Shown piece by piece: positions 49,802 through 57,969 of a stretch of 64,000 nucleotides of DNA. Source of the DNA: a virus. Lineage: Duplodnaviria > Caudoviricetes. The notes under the pieces were generated by a model. That model ran no database searches and was not told the origin of the DNA. It saw nothing but the letters and a program-made list of their open reading frames with translations. Each line of letters starts with the position of its first letter. Positions within the stretch are counted from its first letter, which is position 1. The position numbers and the translations under genes are program-made. Where the stretch lies: the IMG/VR virus record IMGVR_UViG_3300028048_000042; one strand, given 5' to 3'.

Positions 49802-50182
49802 ATGCAAAATGTATTTACCATATGCGGTCAACCTACACATAATTCCAATTCGGTAACATGTTTCAATCCGCATTCTTTTTTGAAAGGGATTGGATTACCT
49901 TATAGTTTTTTAGGTTATAAAAAATGTTATTGTTATTTGAAAATTAGCTCTCCCTTTGTGACAACAGTTTTCGATAAACAAGGAGAAATAAGCGATTTTG
50001 ACTGTCATGGAATTGTTGCATCTATTAATGAGAATGGAAAATATGATTTCTTTTGTATTGATAGTTACACTAAACCAATTTGGGACGAAAGTGGAGAATG
50101 TTTCGGTTGTAGACCTGTCATTGATAATGTAGGTAGCCAAGAAAAATTCTCAAAACTTTTTCAAAGAATTGTAGGAGTATAA
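49802..50182 (+). CDS. RxxG[VI]-COOH family protein
   Basis: ends KLFQRIVGV*. Confidence 0.78.
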   Translation: MQNVFTICGQPTHNSNSVTCFNPHSFLKGIGLPYSFLGYKKCYCYLKISSPFVTTVFDKQGEISDFDCHGIVASINENGKYDFFCIDSYTKPIWDESGECFGCRPVIDNVGSQEKFSKLFQRIVGV

Positions 50183-50253
50183 AAAATGAAAATAACGTTT
50201 CCTGTAATTTTCCATAAATAATAATACAATTAAATCAAAGGAGGTGAAACAAA

Positions 50254-51366
50254 ATGCTGAAAGCATACAAATTTAGATTATATCCAACCGAAGAACAAAA
50301 ACAATTTTTCAATCAGTGCATTGGAAATGCACGTTTCGTTTACAATCATTGTTTAGGTCTTAAAAAAGACCTTTGGAAAAATGAACAAAAAACTATTTCC
50401 ACGAAAGAACTTTCAAAACATATCACTGATTTGAAAAAATATCAAGAATATGAATGGTTGAAAAAGAGCGATTCTATCGCTCTTCAACAGTCACTTCGTG
50501 ACCTTGATTTGGCGTTTCAAAGATTTTTCAAAAAACAAGCTAAATATCCAAGATTTCATAACAAACATAAGAAAAATTCTTATAGAACAATCAATCAGAA
50601 TAACAAAATACGTTTAGAAAATGGTAAGTTACACTTGCCTAAACTTAAAACGTTTGTAAAAATCAGACAAAGCAGATTTTTCAATGGAACAATCAAAAAT
50701 GCTACGGTATCAAAGACACCATCAAATAAGTATTTTGTTTCACTTCTTGTCGAAGAAGAAGATGTTTTTGGTGTTTCACAAGTCAACGAAGTTGGCATTG
50801 ATTTAGGTATTAAAGATTTTGCTATCTTGTCCAACGGTACGAAGTACCACATAGATACCAAGCATATTAAAAAACTTGAAAAGAAGTTAAAAAGATTACA
50901 AAAACAATTTTCAAGAACAATGCCTAAATCTCAAAACCATGAAAAAAGAAGAATTGAATTAGCTATTCAATATGAAAAAATTACCAATTTCAGAAATGAT
51001 TTCTTTCACAAACTTTCAAGAAAGCTAGTAGATGAAAACCAAGTCATAGCTATTGAGAGTTTAAAAATTAAAAATATGGTAAAAAATCATAAATTAGCTA
51101 AATCCATTCAAGATTGTTCATGGAACAAATTTATAACTATGCTTGAATACAAAGCAAAATGGCAATGCAATTGCCAAGTAGTGAAGGTAGATACCTTCTT
51201 TGCTAGTTCTCAAACTTGTTCAAATTGTGGATATAAAAATCCAAAAGTAAAAGATTTGTCAATCAGAGAATGGGAATGTCTGAAATGTCATGCTACGCAT
51301 GACCGAGACATAAATGCAAGCATAAATATCTTAAATGAAGGTAAAAGGCTACTTAACGTAGCCTAA
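50254..51366 (+). CDS. tnpB: IS200/IS605-family RNA-guided endonuclease TnpB, copy 2
   Basis: close paralog of 43049-44161; RuvC D/E/D intact; Zn finger CSNC/CLKC. Confidence 0.95.
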   Translation: MLKAYKFRLYPTEEQKQFFNQCIGNARFVYNHCLGLKKDLWKNEQKTISTKELSKHITDLKKYQEYEWLKKSDSIALQQSLRDLDLAFQRFFKKQAKYPRFHNKHKKNSYRTINQNNKIRLENGKLHLPKLKTFVKIRQSRFFNGTIKNATVSKTPSNKYFVSLLVEEEDVFGVSQVNEVGIDLGIKDFAILSNGTKYHIDTKHIKKLEKKLKRLQKQFSRTMPKSQNHEKRRIELAIQYEKITNFRNDFFHKLSRKLVDENQVIAIESLKIKNMVKNHKLAKSIQDCSWNKFITMLEYKAKWQCNCQVVKVDTFFASSQTCSNCGYKNPKVKDLSIREWECLKCHATHDRDINASINILNEGKRLLNVA

Positions 51367-51560
51367 ACCATATAAAAAACTGTACCGCAGGGCTTGCGGA
51401 ATCAGTATAAAACTAAGCCTATGGAGATTGTGTAAGACGTAAAAAAGCATGGCTACGTCATGCCCTATGTGATGAAATCACATATGCTACGGTCTGAGAA
51501 GTAGGAATCCCCCACCTCTACAGGTGGGGGAGGATGTCAAATTGTAGAATTTGGGGGATA
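51367..51560 (+). ncRNA. TnpB omegaRNA copy 2; scaffold ends GGATGTCAA at 51540, predicted guide ATTGTAGAATTTGGGGGATA
   Basis: conserved with copy 1; right-end hairpin CCCCCACCT-ctac-AGGTGGGGG. Confidence 0.8.
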
Positions 51561-51565
51561 TAAAA

Positions 51566-51838
51566 ATGAAATTTAATTGTTCTATTGAAAATTGTTTATT
51601 CTTAGGACAACCATCATGTGTGATTACAATTGAACTGTATAAAACATTCGCTACATTTTGTTTTGTTTGTACCGAGGAACATGGTATATTTTTACAATAT
51701 CAGAGATATGACGATTATTATCCAAAATTAATTAACCAAGAAACAATGAAAAAAATTGCTCTTGGGAAAGATAAAAGATATAAAGTAATCTCAAAAGAAC
51801 TTATGAATTTTTGTTATTTGCGAATTTTTGGAGCTTGA
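51566..51838 (+). CDS. RxxG[VI]-COOH family protein
   Basis: ends FCYLRIFGA*. Confidence 0.78.
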   Translation: MKFNCSIENCLFLGQPSCVITIELYKTFATFCFVCTEEHGIFLQYQRYDDYYPKLINQETMKKIALGKDKRYKVISKELMNFCYLRIFGA

Positions 51839-51841
51839 AAA

Positions 51842-52111
51842 ATGAAAATTAAGTTTAGCGATTATTTTCAAAGTTGGAGCACAAGTACAAAGGGGCAAAT
51901 ATTCATCAATAAATTGACAAAAGATAAACAAACTATGCAATTAGAACTAAGAGTTGGTTTTGCCATAAAAGTGAGTCAATGCTTTGATATACGAATTATT
52001 TACGGCAAAAAACCAATTCATAAAATTATGAATAAACAAAAATTGTTATACCAAAAATCATACAAATACAGACAATACAGATTAATTTTTTTAAGAATTT
52101 TTGGAGTTTGA
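51842..52111 (+). CDS. RxxG[VI]-COOH family protein
   Basis: ends LIFLRIFGV*. Confidence 0.78.
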   Translation: MKIKFSDYFQSWSTSTKGQIFINKLTKDKQTMQLELRVGFAIKVSQCFDIRIIYGKKPIHKIMNKQKLLYQKSYKYRQYRLIFLRIFGV

Positions 52112-52114
52112 AAA

Positions 52115-52423
52115 ATGTTAATTGTAGATAACTTGCCGCCTATACAATTTGGCAAATGGAAAAAATCAACTGCATTTGAAAATTTTTATTGTGATGTAAA
52201 ATTGGGAAATCATGCGAAATATAGATTGTTTTTGCAATCTTGTTATCAAAAACCACATATATTGCTTATTATCCCTTGCCGTGATGGAGAACAAACAAAT
52301 ATTAATTTTAGCAAAAAGGCAAAATATGGGAAAAAAGAATTATCAACATATGATTTTCTTCATAATAAATATACAATTGTTCAAGAAATGAGTAAAATAT
52401 ATTTGCGAACGGTAGGTGTATAA
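52115..52423 (+). CDS. RxxG[VI]-COOH family protein
   Basis: ends KIYLRTVGV*. Confidence 0.78.
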   Translation: MLIVDNLPPIQFGKWKKSTAFENFYCDVKLGNHAKYRLFLQSCYQKPHILLIIPCRDGEQTNINFSKKAKYGKKELSTYDFLHNKYTIVQEMSKIYLRTVGV

Positions 52424-52425
52424 CA

Positions 52426-52743
52426 ATGTTCTCGTTAAAAGAAAGTATGTACTATTGGAAAAGCAAAAGAAAACTAAAATCATTTCATAAATCAGTCACA
52501 ACAACAAGCATAAAAACAATCATTACTTTTCACTGTTTGCATGGTGGAAAATATGCTGACCATATAGACCTTATAAAACATAATCGCAATGCAAATAAGT
52601 CTTGGTCGATTTCTTTGACCGATTATCAAAATGGCGAAATTATTGATTTTGATTTTTTCATTAAAGATGAAAAAGAACGAAATATACAAATGTTAGCAAA
52701 TAAAAAATATCATTATTTTTTGTCGAGGTTGGTAGGTGTTTGA
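52426..52743 (+). CDS. RxxG[VI]-COOH family protein, paralog of 55660-55998
   Basis: ends RNIQMLANKKYHYFLSRLVGV*. Confidence 0.8.
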   Translation: MFSLKESMYYWKSKRKLKSFHKSVTTTSIKTIITFHCLHGGKYADHIDLIKHNRNANKSWSISLTDYQNGEIIDFDFFIKDEKERNIQMLANKKYHYFLSRLVGV

Positions 52744-52744
52744 A

Positions 52745-53008
52745 ATGGCATTCCCACACGAAGAATTGAAAACCTTTTCATTCCCACAAAAAATGGTTTT
52801 TGAAATATCAACTACATATTTTTATTTTAGCGGAAATGTAAAAATGAATGGACGTAAATTTCTTCTTGAAGAACAAACAGGAATGGATAACGAACCTGCA
52901 AGGCGTTTCTTGTATAACCATCAAACATTTGAATACGTTTTGCATGAAGATTTAATGGAAAAAAGTAAACCTTACAATTTTCTTTTCCAAAGAATAATAG
53001 GAGTTTGA
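52745..53008 (+). CDS. RxxG[VI]-COOH family protein
   Basis: ends FLFQRIIGV*. Confidence 0.78.
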   Translation: MAFPHEELKTFSFPQKMVFEISTTYFYFSGNVKMNGRKFLLEEQTGMDNEPARRFLYNHQTFEYVLHEDLMEKSKPYNFLFQRIIGV

Positions 53009-53010
53009 TT

Positions 53011-53262
53011 ATGAAATTTGTTGGTGCATTAAATTCAGATTATACCACCCATAAAAGTTTCATCATAAGGTTGCATGGTCTTGGATTTGAATTCAATCTT
53101 GTAAAACAAACGAACAGCATTGCTGTAATTGGTGGGCTTGTTAATTTTGGGGGATATAAACATTTTGAAAATGGCAAAAACTATCTTACATTAAGGAATC
53201 TTAAATGTAAACGCAAGTATAAAGAATTTAGTTTGTTGTATTTAAGAATTTTTGGAGCATAA
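53011..53262 (+). CDS. RxxG[VI]-COOH family protein
   Basis: ends LLYLRIFGA*. Confidence 0.78.
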   Translation: MKFVGALNSDYTTHKSFIIRLHGLGFEFNLVKQTNSIAVIGGLVNFGGYKHFENGKNYLTLRNLKCKRKYKEFSLLYLRIFGA

Positions 53263-53264
53263 CA

Positions 53265-53552
53265 ATGATGCAAAAATTTAAAGTTCAAACGAAACATTAT
53301 CCTATAACGAAACAAATGGAAATAATTATCCATTGGACAAATTCATCAAGCAACCTTGACGCATTTGACACAAGTAATAAATTTCGCATTATTATATATC
53401 GAGGAAAAGTATTTGTGCAGGTAAGAGCGTTTACAAATCTAAAAAAAACATATGATTTGAAACAAATTCAGAAAATCGGATTAAATGACAAACGATTTTT
53501 GGTTGATACAAAAAAATTCAATTTTTGTTATTTAAGGATGATGGGAGTATAA
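53265..53552 (+). CDS. RxxG[VI]-COOH family protein
   Basis: ends FCYLRMMGV*. Confidence 0.78.
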   Translation: MMQKFKVQTKHYPITKQMEIIIHWTNSSSNLDAFDTSNKFRIIIYRGKVFVQVRAFTNLKKTYDLKQIQKIGLNDKRFLVDTKKFNFCYLRMMGV

Positions 53553-53680
53553 CAGAATACATTTAAAATTCTATTGACAAAAAACCTTCAATACGTTATA
53601 ATACTATTGAAGGTTTTTGAATGTGATATTGTAATTACAATGAACATTCTCACAAATAAAATCTAGCAAGCAGAATGTGA

Positions 53681-54910
53681 GTGATTAAAATGACGATTGA
53701 AGATTTCGCTAAAACAATTCAGTCTATGGGGGGAACTGCTTATATTGTAGGTGGTTTTGTCCGTGACGAAATAATGAATATTTCTTCCCATGATTGCGAT
53801 TTAATGATAACAGGCATTAAAGAGGATGATTTTGTCAAGAAATTTCCTAATGCTAATCCAACAGGATTAGCATTCCCTGTTTTTCGTTTATTTATTGACG
53901 GTGAAGAAATGGAAGTAGCTTTTGCTCGTAAAGAACGTAAAGTGTCTGAAGGTCACAATGGTTTTGAAGTTTTCTTTTCTCCTGAGGTTACAGTTGAAGA
54001 AGATTTGGAACGCAGAGATATTCGTATGAATTCTATTGCAAAAAACATATTAACAAAAGAAATTATTGACCCCTTTAATGGTGTAAAGGATATTCAAAAT
54101 AAAATTATCAATATTACTTCTAAAAAACATTTCTCTGAAGACCCATTAAGAGTTTTACGAGTAGCACGACAGGCTTCCAAATTCAATTTTGATATTAGTG
54201 AAGAAACAAAACAAATCCTAACCCAAACGGCAGATAGTTTAGTAGAATTACCACTAGAACGCATTTTTGGCGAAATGGAAAAAGCATTAGAAACAAAAAA
54301 GCCATCTACGTTTTTCAGAATTTTGAAAGAGGTTGGTGCGTTAAAATTTGCTTTTCCTTGGTTAAACAAATTGATTGGTCAAACACAATCAAAACAATGG
54401 CATCCTGAGGGAGATGCTTTTGAACATTCAATGTTGGTTTTGGATAAAGTATCAATGCAAACCAAGGATGTGAAATTAAGGTTTTGCGCTTTATACCATG
54501 ATATTGGAAAAGCAGTAACACCGAAAGAAACCCTTCCAAAACATCTTGGTCATGATTTTGAAGGGTTAAAAATCATTGACAGTTTACCGCTTGTAATTCC
54601 GAAGGATTGGCGTAACAGAGCAAGAGCAGTGGCAGAATTACACATGAAAGTAAGAACAATAAAAAAACCTGTAAAGAAAGTACAGTTATTTAATAGGTTA
54701 AAACAAGCAGGTCTTTCCGTTGATGAATTTAAAATTATCGTTAGTGCTGACAGTATTAACGGTGATGAAGATGTACCTGCTTGGCTTACACAGGAAACTT
54801 TTGATAAAGTATTTTTGCCAATTGAAATTCCTAACAATTTAAATCCTAAAAAAGATGGAACAAAAATCAAAGAATTTGTTTTATCTGTTCGCAGTAAAAG
54901 AATTAGCTAA
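53681..54910 (+). CDS. cca: CCA-adding tRNA nucleotidyltransferase with HD domain (multifunctional Cca-like)
   Basis: VGGFVRD...DCD, EVAFARKE, DLERRDIRMNS, FSEDPLRVLR, ERIFGE, WHPEGD..H, ALYHDIGK. Confidence 0.92.
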   Translation: MIKMTIEDFAKTIQSMGGTAYIVGGFVRDEIMNISSHDCDLMITGIKEDDFVKKFPNANPTGLAFPVFRLFIDGEEMEVAFARKERKVSEGHNGFEVFFSPEVTVEEDLERRDIRMNSIAKNILTKEIIDPFNGVKDIQNKIINITSKKHFSEDPLRVLRVARQASKFNFDISEETKQILTQTADSLVELPLERIFGEMEKALETKKPSTFFRILKEVGALKFAFPWLNKLIGQTQSKQWHPEGDAFEHSMLVLDKVSMQTKDVKLRFCALYHDIGKAVTPKETLPKHLGHDFEGLKIIDSLPLVIPKDWRNRARAVAELHMKVRTIKKPVKKVQLFNRLKQAGLSVDEFKIIVSADSINGDEDVPAWLTQETFDKVFLPIEIPNNLNPKKDGTKIKEFVLSVRSKRIS

Positions 54911-54972
54911 ACATAGTATTTGTTGCAAAGGTAAGGAAAATGTCAAAATAAAACTATTAGGAGCACAAATTT

Positions 54973-55410
54973 ATGAATTTATCTAAAATTAATTTTTGGG
55001 ACAAAACAGATAATACAACCATTTTTGACGAAGTAATTTTTAAAATTCATCAATACTATGAAGAAACAGAAACAATAAAGTGGCGAGATTTTGCACAACT
55101 TAAAACAAAGATTTGCAAATTTTTATTTTTATATCACAAATATTTCAAACCACATTGTAAATGGAAATTCAGCACCGAACAACAATATTACACAAACATT
55201 ATATTAAATGATACAATTTGCTTTGAACTTTGTTATATGACTGCCGATGTTTTGCTTGACCCTTCCAAATTAAAAAAACCCAACAATGGACTTAGATTTT
55301 CTGTAAAACTCAAAAATAAACAAATGAATTATGTCTACTTTAACTCTTGGGGCAACCGCTTCTTAAACAAAGAATATAAACTAATTCTTTTAAGAGGGGA
55401 TGGCGTATGA
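54973..55410 (+). CDS. RxxG[VI]-COOH family protein
   Basis: ends LILLRGDGV*. Confidence 0.75.
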   Translation: MNLSKINFWDKTDNTTIFDEVIFKIHQYYEETETIKWRDFAQLKTKICKFLFLYHKYFKPHCKWKFSTEQQYYTNIILNDTICFELCYMTADVLLDPSKLKKPNNGLRFSVKLKNKQMNYVYFNSWGNRFLNKEYKLILLRGDGV

Positions 55411-55637
55411 TGAAAGAAAGATTCAAATTCAGACACAATGTTTACGAAATGGTTGCATATTCTCCATTCACACAAATCACCATAAATATAAACGCATACA
55501 AAGTTACATGGCATACGAAAAAACTAACAAAAAATTTCAATTTACGCAAAATGAATGTATTGTATAAAAATCCGTTTATCTCTGATTGTGAAGTAAAAAC
55601 TATATCAATTATTGTAGGACGGATGTGGGGGATTTAA
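55407..55637 (+). CDS. RxxG[VI]-COOH family protein
   Basis: ends IIVGRMWGI*. Confidence 0.78.
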   Translation: MMKERFKFRHNVYEMVAYSPFTQITININAYKVTWHTKKLTKNFNLRKMNVLYKNPFISDCEVKTISIIVGRMWGI

Positions 55638-55659
55638 AAAAATGTTTGGGTGAAAAATT

Positions 55660-55998
55660 ATGAAGAAAGAATATTATGAAAAAAATATAAGGTATTGGAA
55701 AACAAGAAAAAAAATTAAAAATTTTCGCATAGCTTCTCTAAAACACTTTCCGAAACCAATCTTTTCAACACCACTCAGTCGGCAGCATATGTTCTTTTTG
55801 TGTGGACAAGCATATGATTCTTTTGAAATCTTGCCACCTACATCCGATATAAAAGAATTTAGATTTGTTTTGAATGATTACAAGAACAATGATTATTTTG
55901 TGTTCTATTTTACGCCAAAATCGGAAAAATGCAGAGATATACAAATGCTTATTAACAAAAAATATAATCATTTGTTGTCGCGTTTTTTGGGGGTATAA
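55660..55998 (+). CDS. RxxG[VI]-COOH family protein, paralog of 52426-52743
   Basis: ends RDIQMLINKKYNHLLSRFLGV*. Confidence 0.8.
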   Translation: MKKEYYEKNIRYWKTRKKIKNFRIASLKHFPKPIFSTPLSRQHMFFLCGQAYDSFEILPPTSDIKEFRFVLNDYKNNDYFVFYFTPKSEKCRDIQMLINKKYNHLLSRFLGV

Positions 55999-56000
55999 AA

Positions 56001-56267
56001 ATGAATATTTTTCTTGAAGATATAAAAAAAGTAAAATTTAGTTCCGTGGAAACTACAACTTTAGGTCACATTGAAGGTAGACTAACTTGCAGTTCTGAAA
56101 TTCTTGTAAATGACCTCCATTTTGTACACACACAATTAAAACTGCCTATCAATATATACAATAATAATTATAAAAGGTGGTATGATTTACACCACATGTA
56201 TTCACTAAAATTCTTAAAGCAATCAGAAAAAGCAAGACATATATATTCTCGTATATATGGAGTATGA
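56001..56267 (+). CDS. RxxG[VI]-COOH family protein
   Basis: ends HIYSRIYGV*. Confidence 0.78.
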   Translation: MNIFLEDIKKVKFSSVETTTLGHIEGRLTCSSEILVNDLHFVHTQLKLPINIYNNNYKRWYDLHHMYSLKFLKQSEKARHIYSRIYGV

Positions 56268-56271
56268 AAAC

Positions 56272-56505
56272 ATGAAAAAAAAAGATTTCCATTTTTGTAA
56301 GAGTTTTATTGACCCACAATTGTTCTATTTAAGTACAGACGTTATACGTTTAGGAATGTATGATGATGCTTTTTTAAACAGTGCTCATTATTTTCACAAC
56401 GATAAACAATTATACAAATTAAATCAATTTCGTGAATTTTCAATTGTTAGCGAGAAACAGAATCGTTCATTCCGATTAATTATAAGTAGACTTGAAGGGA
56501 TATAA
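56272..56505 (+). CDS. RxxG[VI]-COOH family protein (last of array)
   Basis: ends LIISRLEGI*. Confidence 0.78.
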   Translation: MKKKDFHFCKSFIDPQLFYLSTDVIRLGMYDDAFLNSAHYFHNDKQLYKLNQFREFSIVSEKQNRSFRLIISRLEGI

Positions 56506-56657
56506 ATAAGACATATTACACAATTCATATTGACATTTTTATACATACATAGTAAAATATATGTAATAGAAAATTTTTCTAAAGAGGATTGAAGAAGTAC
56601 GAATAAAGATTTTGAGAGAAAAATCATTAAAGAACGTTTTACAAAGGAGAATTTGTA

Positions 56658-57422
56658 ATGGATGAATTTTATGTAAAAATGAATAACAATGATGATGAAA
56701 AAATTTCTGCCACAGAATACTTTCAACGGTTAAAGAATAGCAAACAAAGTATTTCCGACAAAGATTTAATTCAATTTTATAATAACTGTTTACAGATGAA
56801 AGAACAGTTTGAAAAAACTGAACAAATTGATGCAATCAAAAAATTGGTATTTTTGATTGAAACTGTTACAAGAGAGAAAAAAGTTCTTGACCTTGGAATT
56901 AATCAATATGTGTTCCGCAATTCTATTGATGAATTTATTGAACATGTATCTAAAGACGAATTGAGTTTTATTGAATTAAGTCGATACGAACGAATTGTTC
57001 CTGACGATATTATTGAAAAAGTTGAAAAATGTAAAGATGTTTTTGACAACATGTATGTATTGTTTACGGATTATTCTCAAACACACAAGAAAAAATATGA
57101 GCGTGAACACGACCCTATTCTGTTTGGTGTCTTTGAAAAAGATGGTTATGTGCATGACCGTTTCTATTTTATTGGAGATTGGGTTGACGAATACTGTGAT
57201 TTAACATTAGATAAATTTGCAACTATGTATGAAAAAGTACACAAAGTCAATCCTGTTAATAAAATTTCTGCTCTTGATGAAATCAATATTGGTGAAATTG
57301 GAGCATTGAAACATGAAATGAATACCTTGCGATTCAATACAGATACAGGCAAATATGAAAAAATTCCTGAAAAAAATATGATTCAGAAATTTATCGGAAC
57401 AGTAAAAGGATTTTTCAAATGA
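56658..57422 (+). CDS. hypothetical phage protein (YERIVP...LFTDY...DPILFG...YFIGDWVDEYCDLT)
   Basis: promoter and AGGAG RBS; conserved-looking motifs. Confidence 0.8.
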   Translation: MDEFYVKMNNNDDEKISATEYFQRLKNSKQSISDKDLIQFYNNCLQMKEQFEKTEQIDAIKKLVFLIETVTREKKVLDLGINQYVFRNSIDEFIEHVSKDELSFIELSRYERIVPDDIIEKVEKCKDVFDNMYVLFTDYSQTHKKKYEREHDPILFGVFEKDGYVHDRFYFIGDWVDEYCDLTLDKFATMYEKVHKVNPVNKISALDEINIGEIGALKHEMNTLRFNTDTGKYEKIPEKNMIQKFIGTVKGFFK

Positions 57423-57865
57423 GATTAAGAGATTTTGACCTAACCGAAAATGGGTTATTTAGAAACGCAGAAAGAAGAAAATATACCGACAAAATGTTAC
57501 TGCGAATGTTAAAACGCAGTGTAATGTTTAATGGTAAAGAAGTGGGATTTGCCATGAAACGCTATGTAGACAGTATGCTTTTTGAAAAATACGGCATTGG
57601 TCACTTTTGTGATAGGTATCTGATTAAAAAACCTAAAAATTATGAGCGCAATGGATTGTTAATTGGTTCGCAAAAGAAAAAGAAACTTTTCGCAGAATAC
57701 ATGATGGCTGAAGATGGAAAAATCTGTGTATGTTGTGGCAGACCGATAGCACCTTATAATCTTACCTTGTGTAATCAATGCGAGGAAAGAGGTAAACGGA
57801 AGTCCATTACTAGCGATTGTTATCGCAGATTACAATTAAATGAACGTCCTTTGGAATGGATGTAA
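57419..57865 (+). CDS. Zn-finger-containing protein (CVCCG...LCNQC)
   Basis: overlapping start/stop; terminator follows. Confidence 0.75.
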   Translation: MRLRDFDLTENGLFRNAERRKYTDKMLLRMLKRSVMFNGKEVGFAMKRYVDSMLFEKYGIGHFCDRYLIKKPKNYERNGLLIGSQKKKKLFAEYMMAEDGKICVCCGRPIAPYNLTLCNQCEERGKRKSITSDCYRRLQLNERPLEWM

Positions 57866-57969
57866 AAAAGAGAAATCCTGAATATTACTCAGGATTTCTC
57901 TTTTTTTTTTGTTAAAAAATTGTTGACAACAATAATAAAATATGATAACATATACATAAAAGAAAGGGA

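Larger units (their letters stand above)
50186..51563 (+). pseudogene. RxxG family gene apparently disrupted or replaced by tnpB copy 2
   Basis: stub MKITFPVIFHK* at 50186-50221 behind a GGAG RBS; orphan tail ...RIWGI* at 51546-51563. Confidence 0.55.

Noticed and set aside
41860-52745. Self-targeting of other array genes by the TnpB guides
   Set aside because: Only partial matches were seen (about 41867-41876, 48128-48139, 52727-52743), with mismatches at the TAM-proximal end; no perfect second target in the window.
34224-56505. C-terminal GV/GI as purely a by-product of overlapping GGAG Shine-Dalgarno sequences
   Set aside because: It may contribute, but it does not explain the Arg at -5, the non-GGAG codons or the motif in operon-final genes.
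39555-56505. Diversity-generating retroelement as the source of array diversity
   Set aside because: No reverse transcriptase and no TR/VR pair differing only at adenines was seen.
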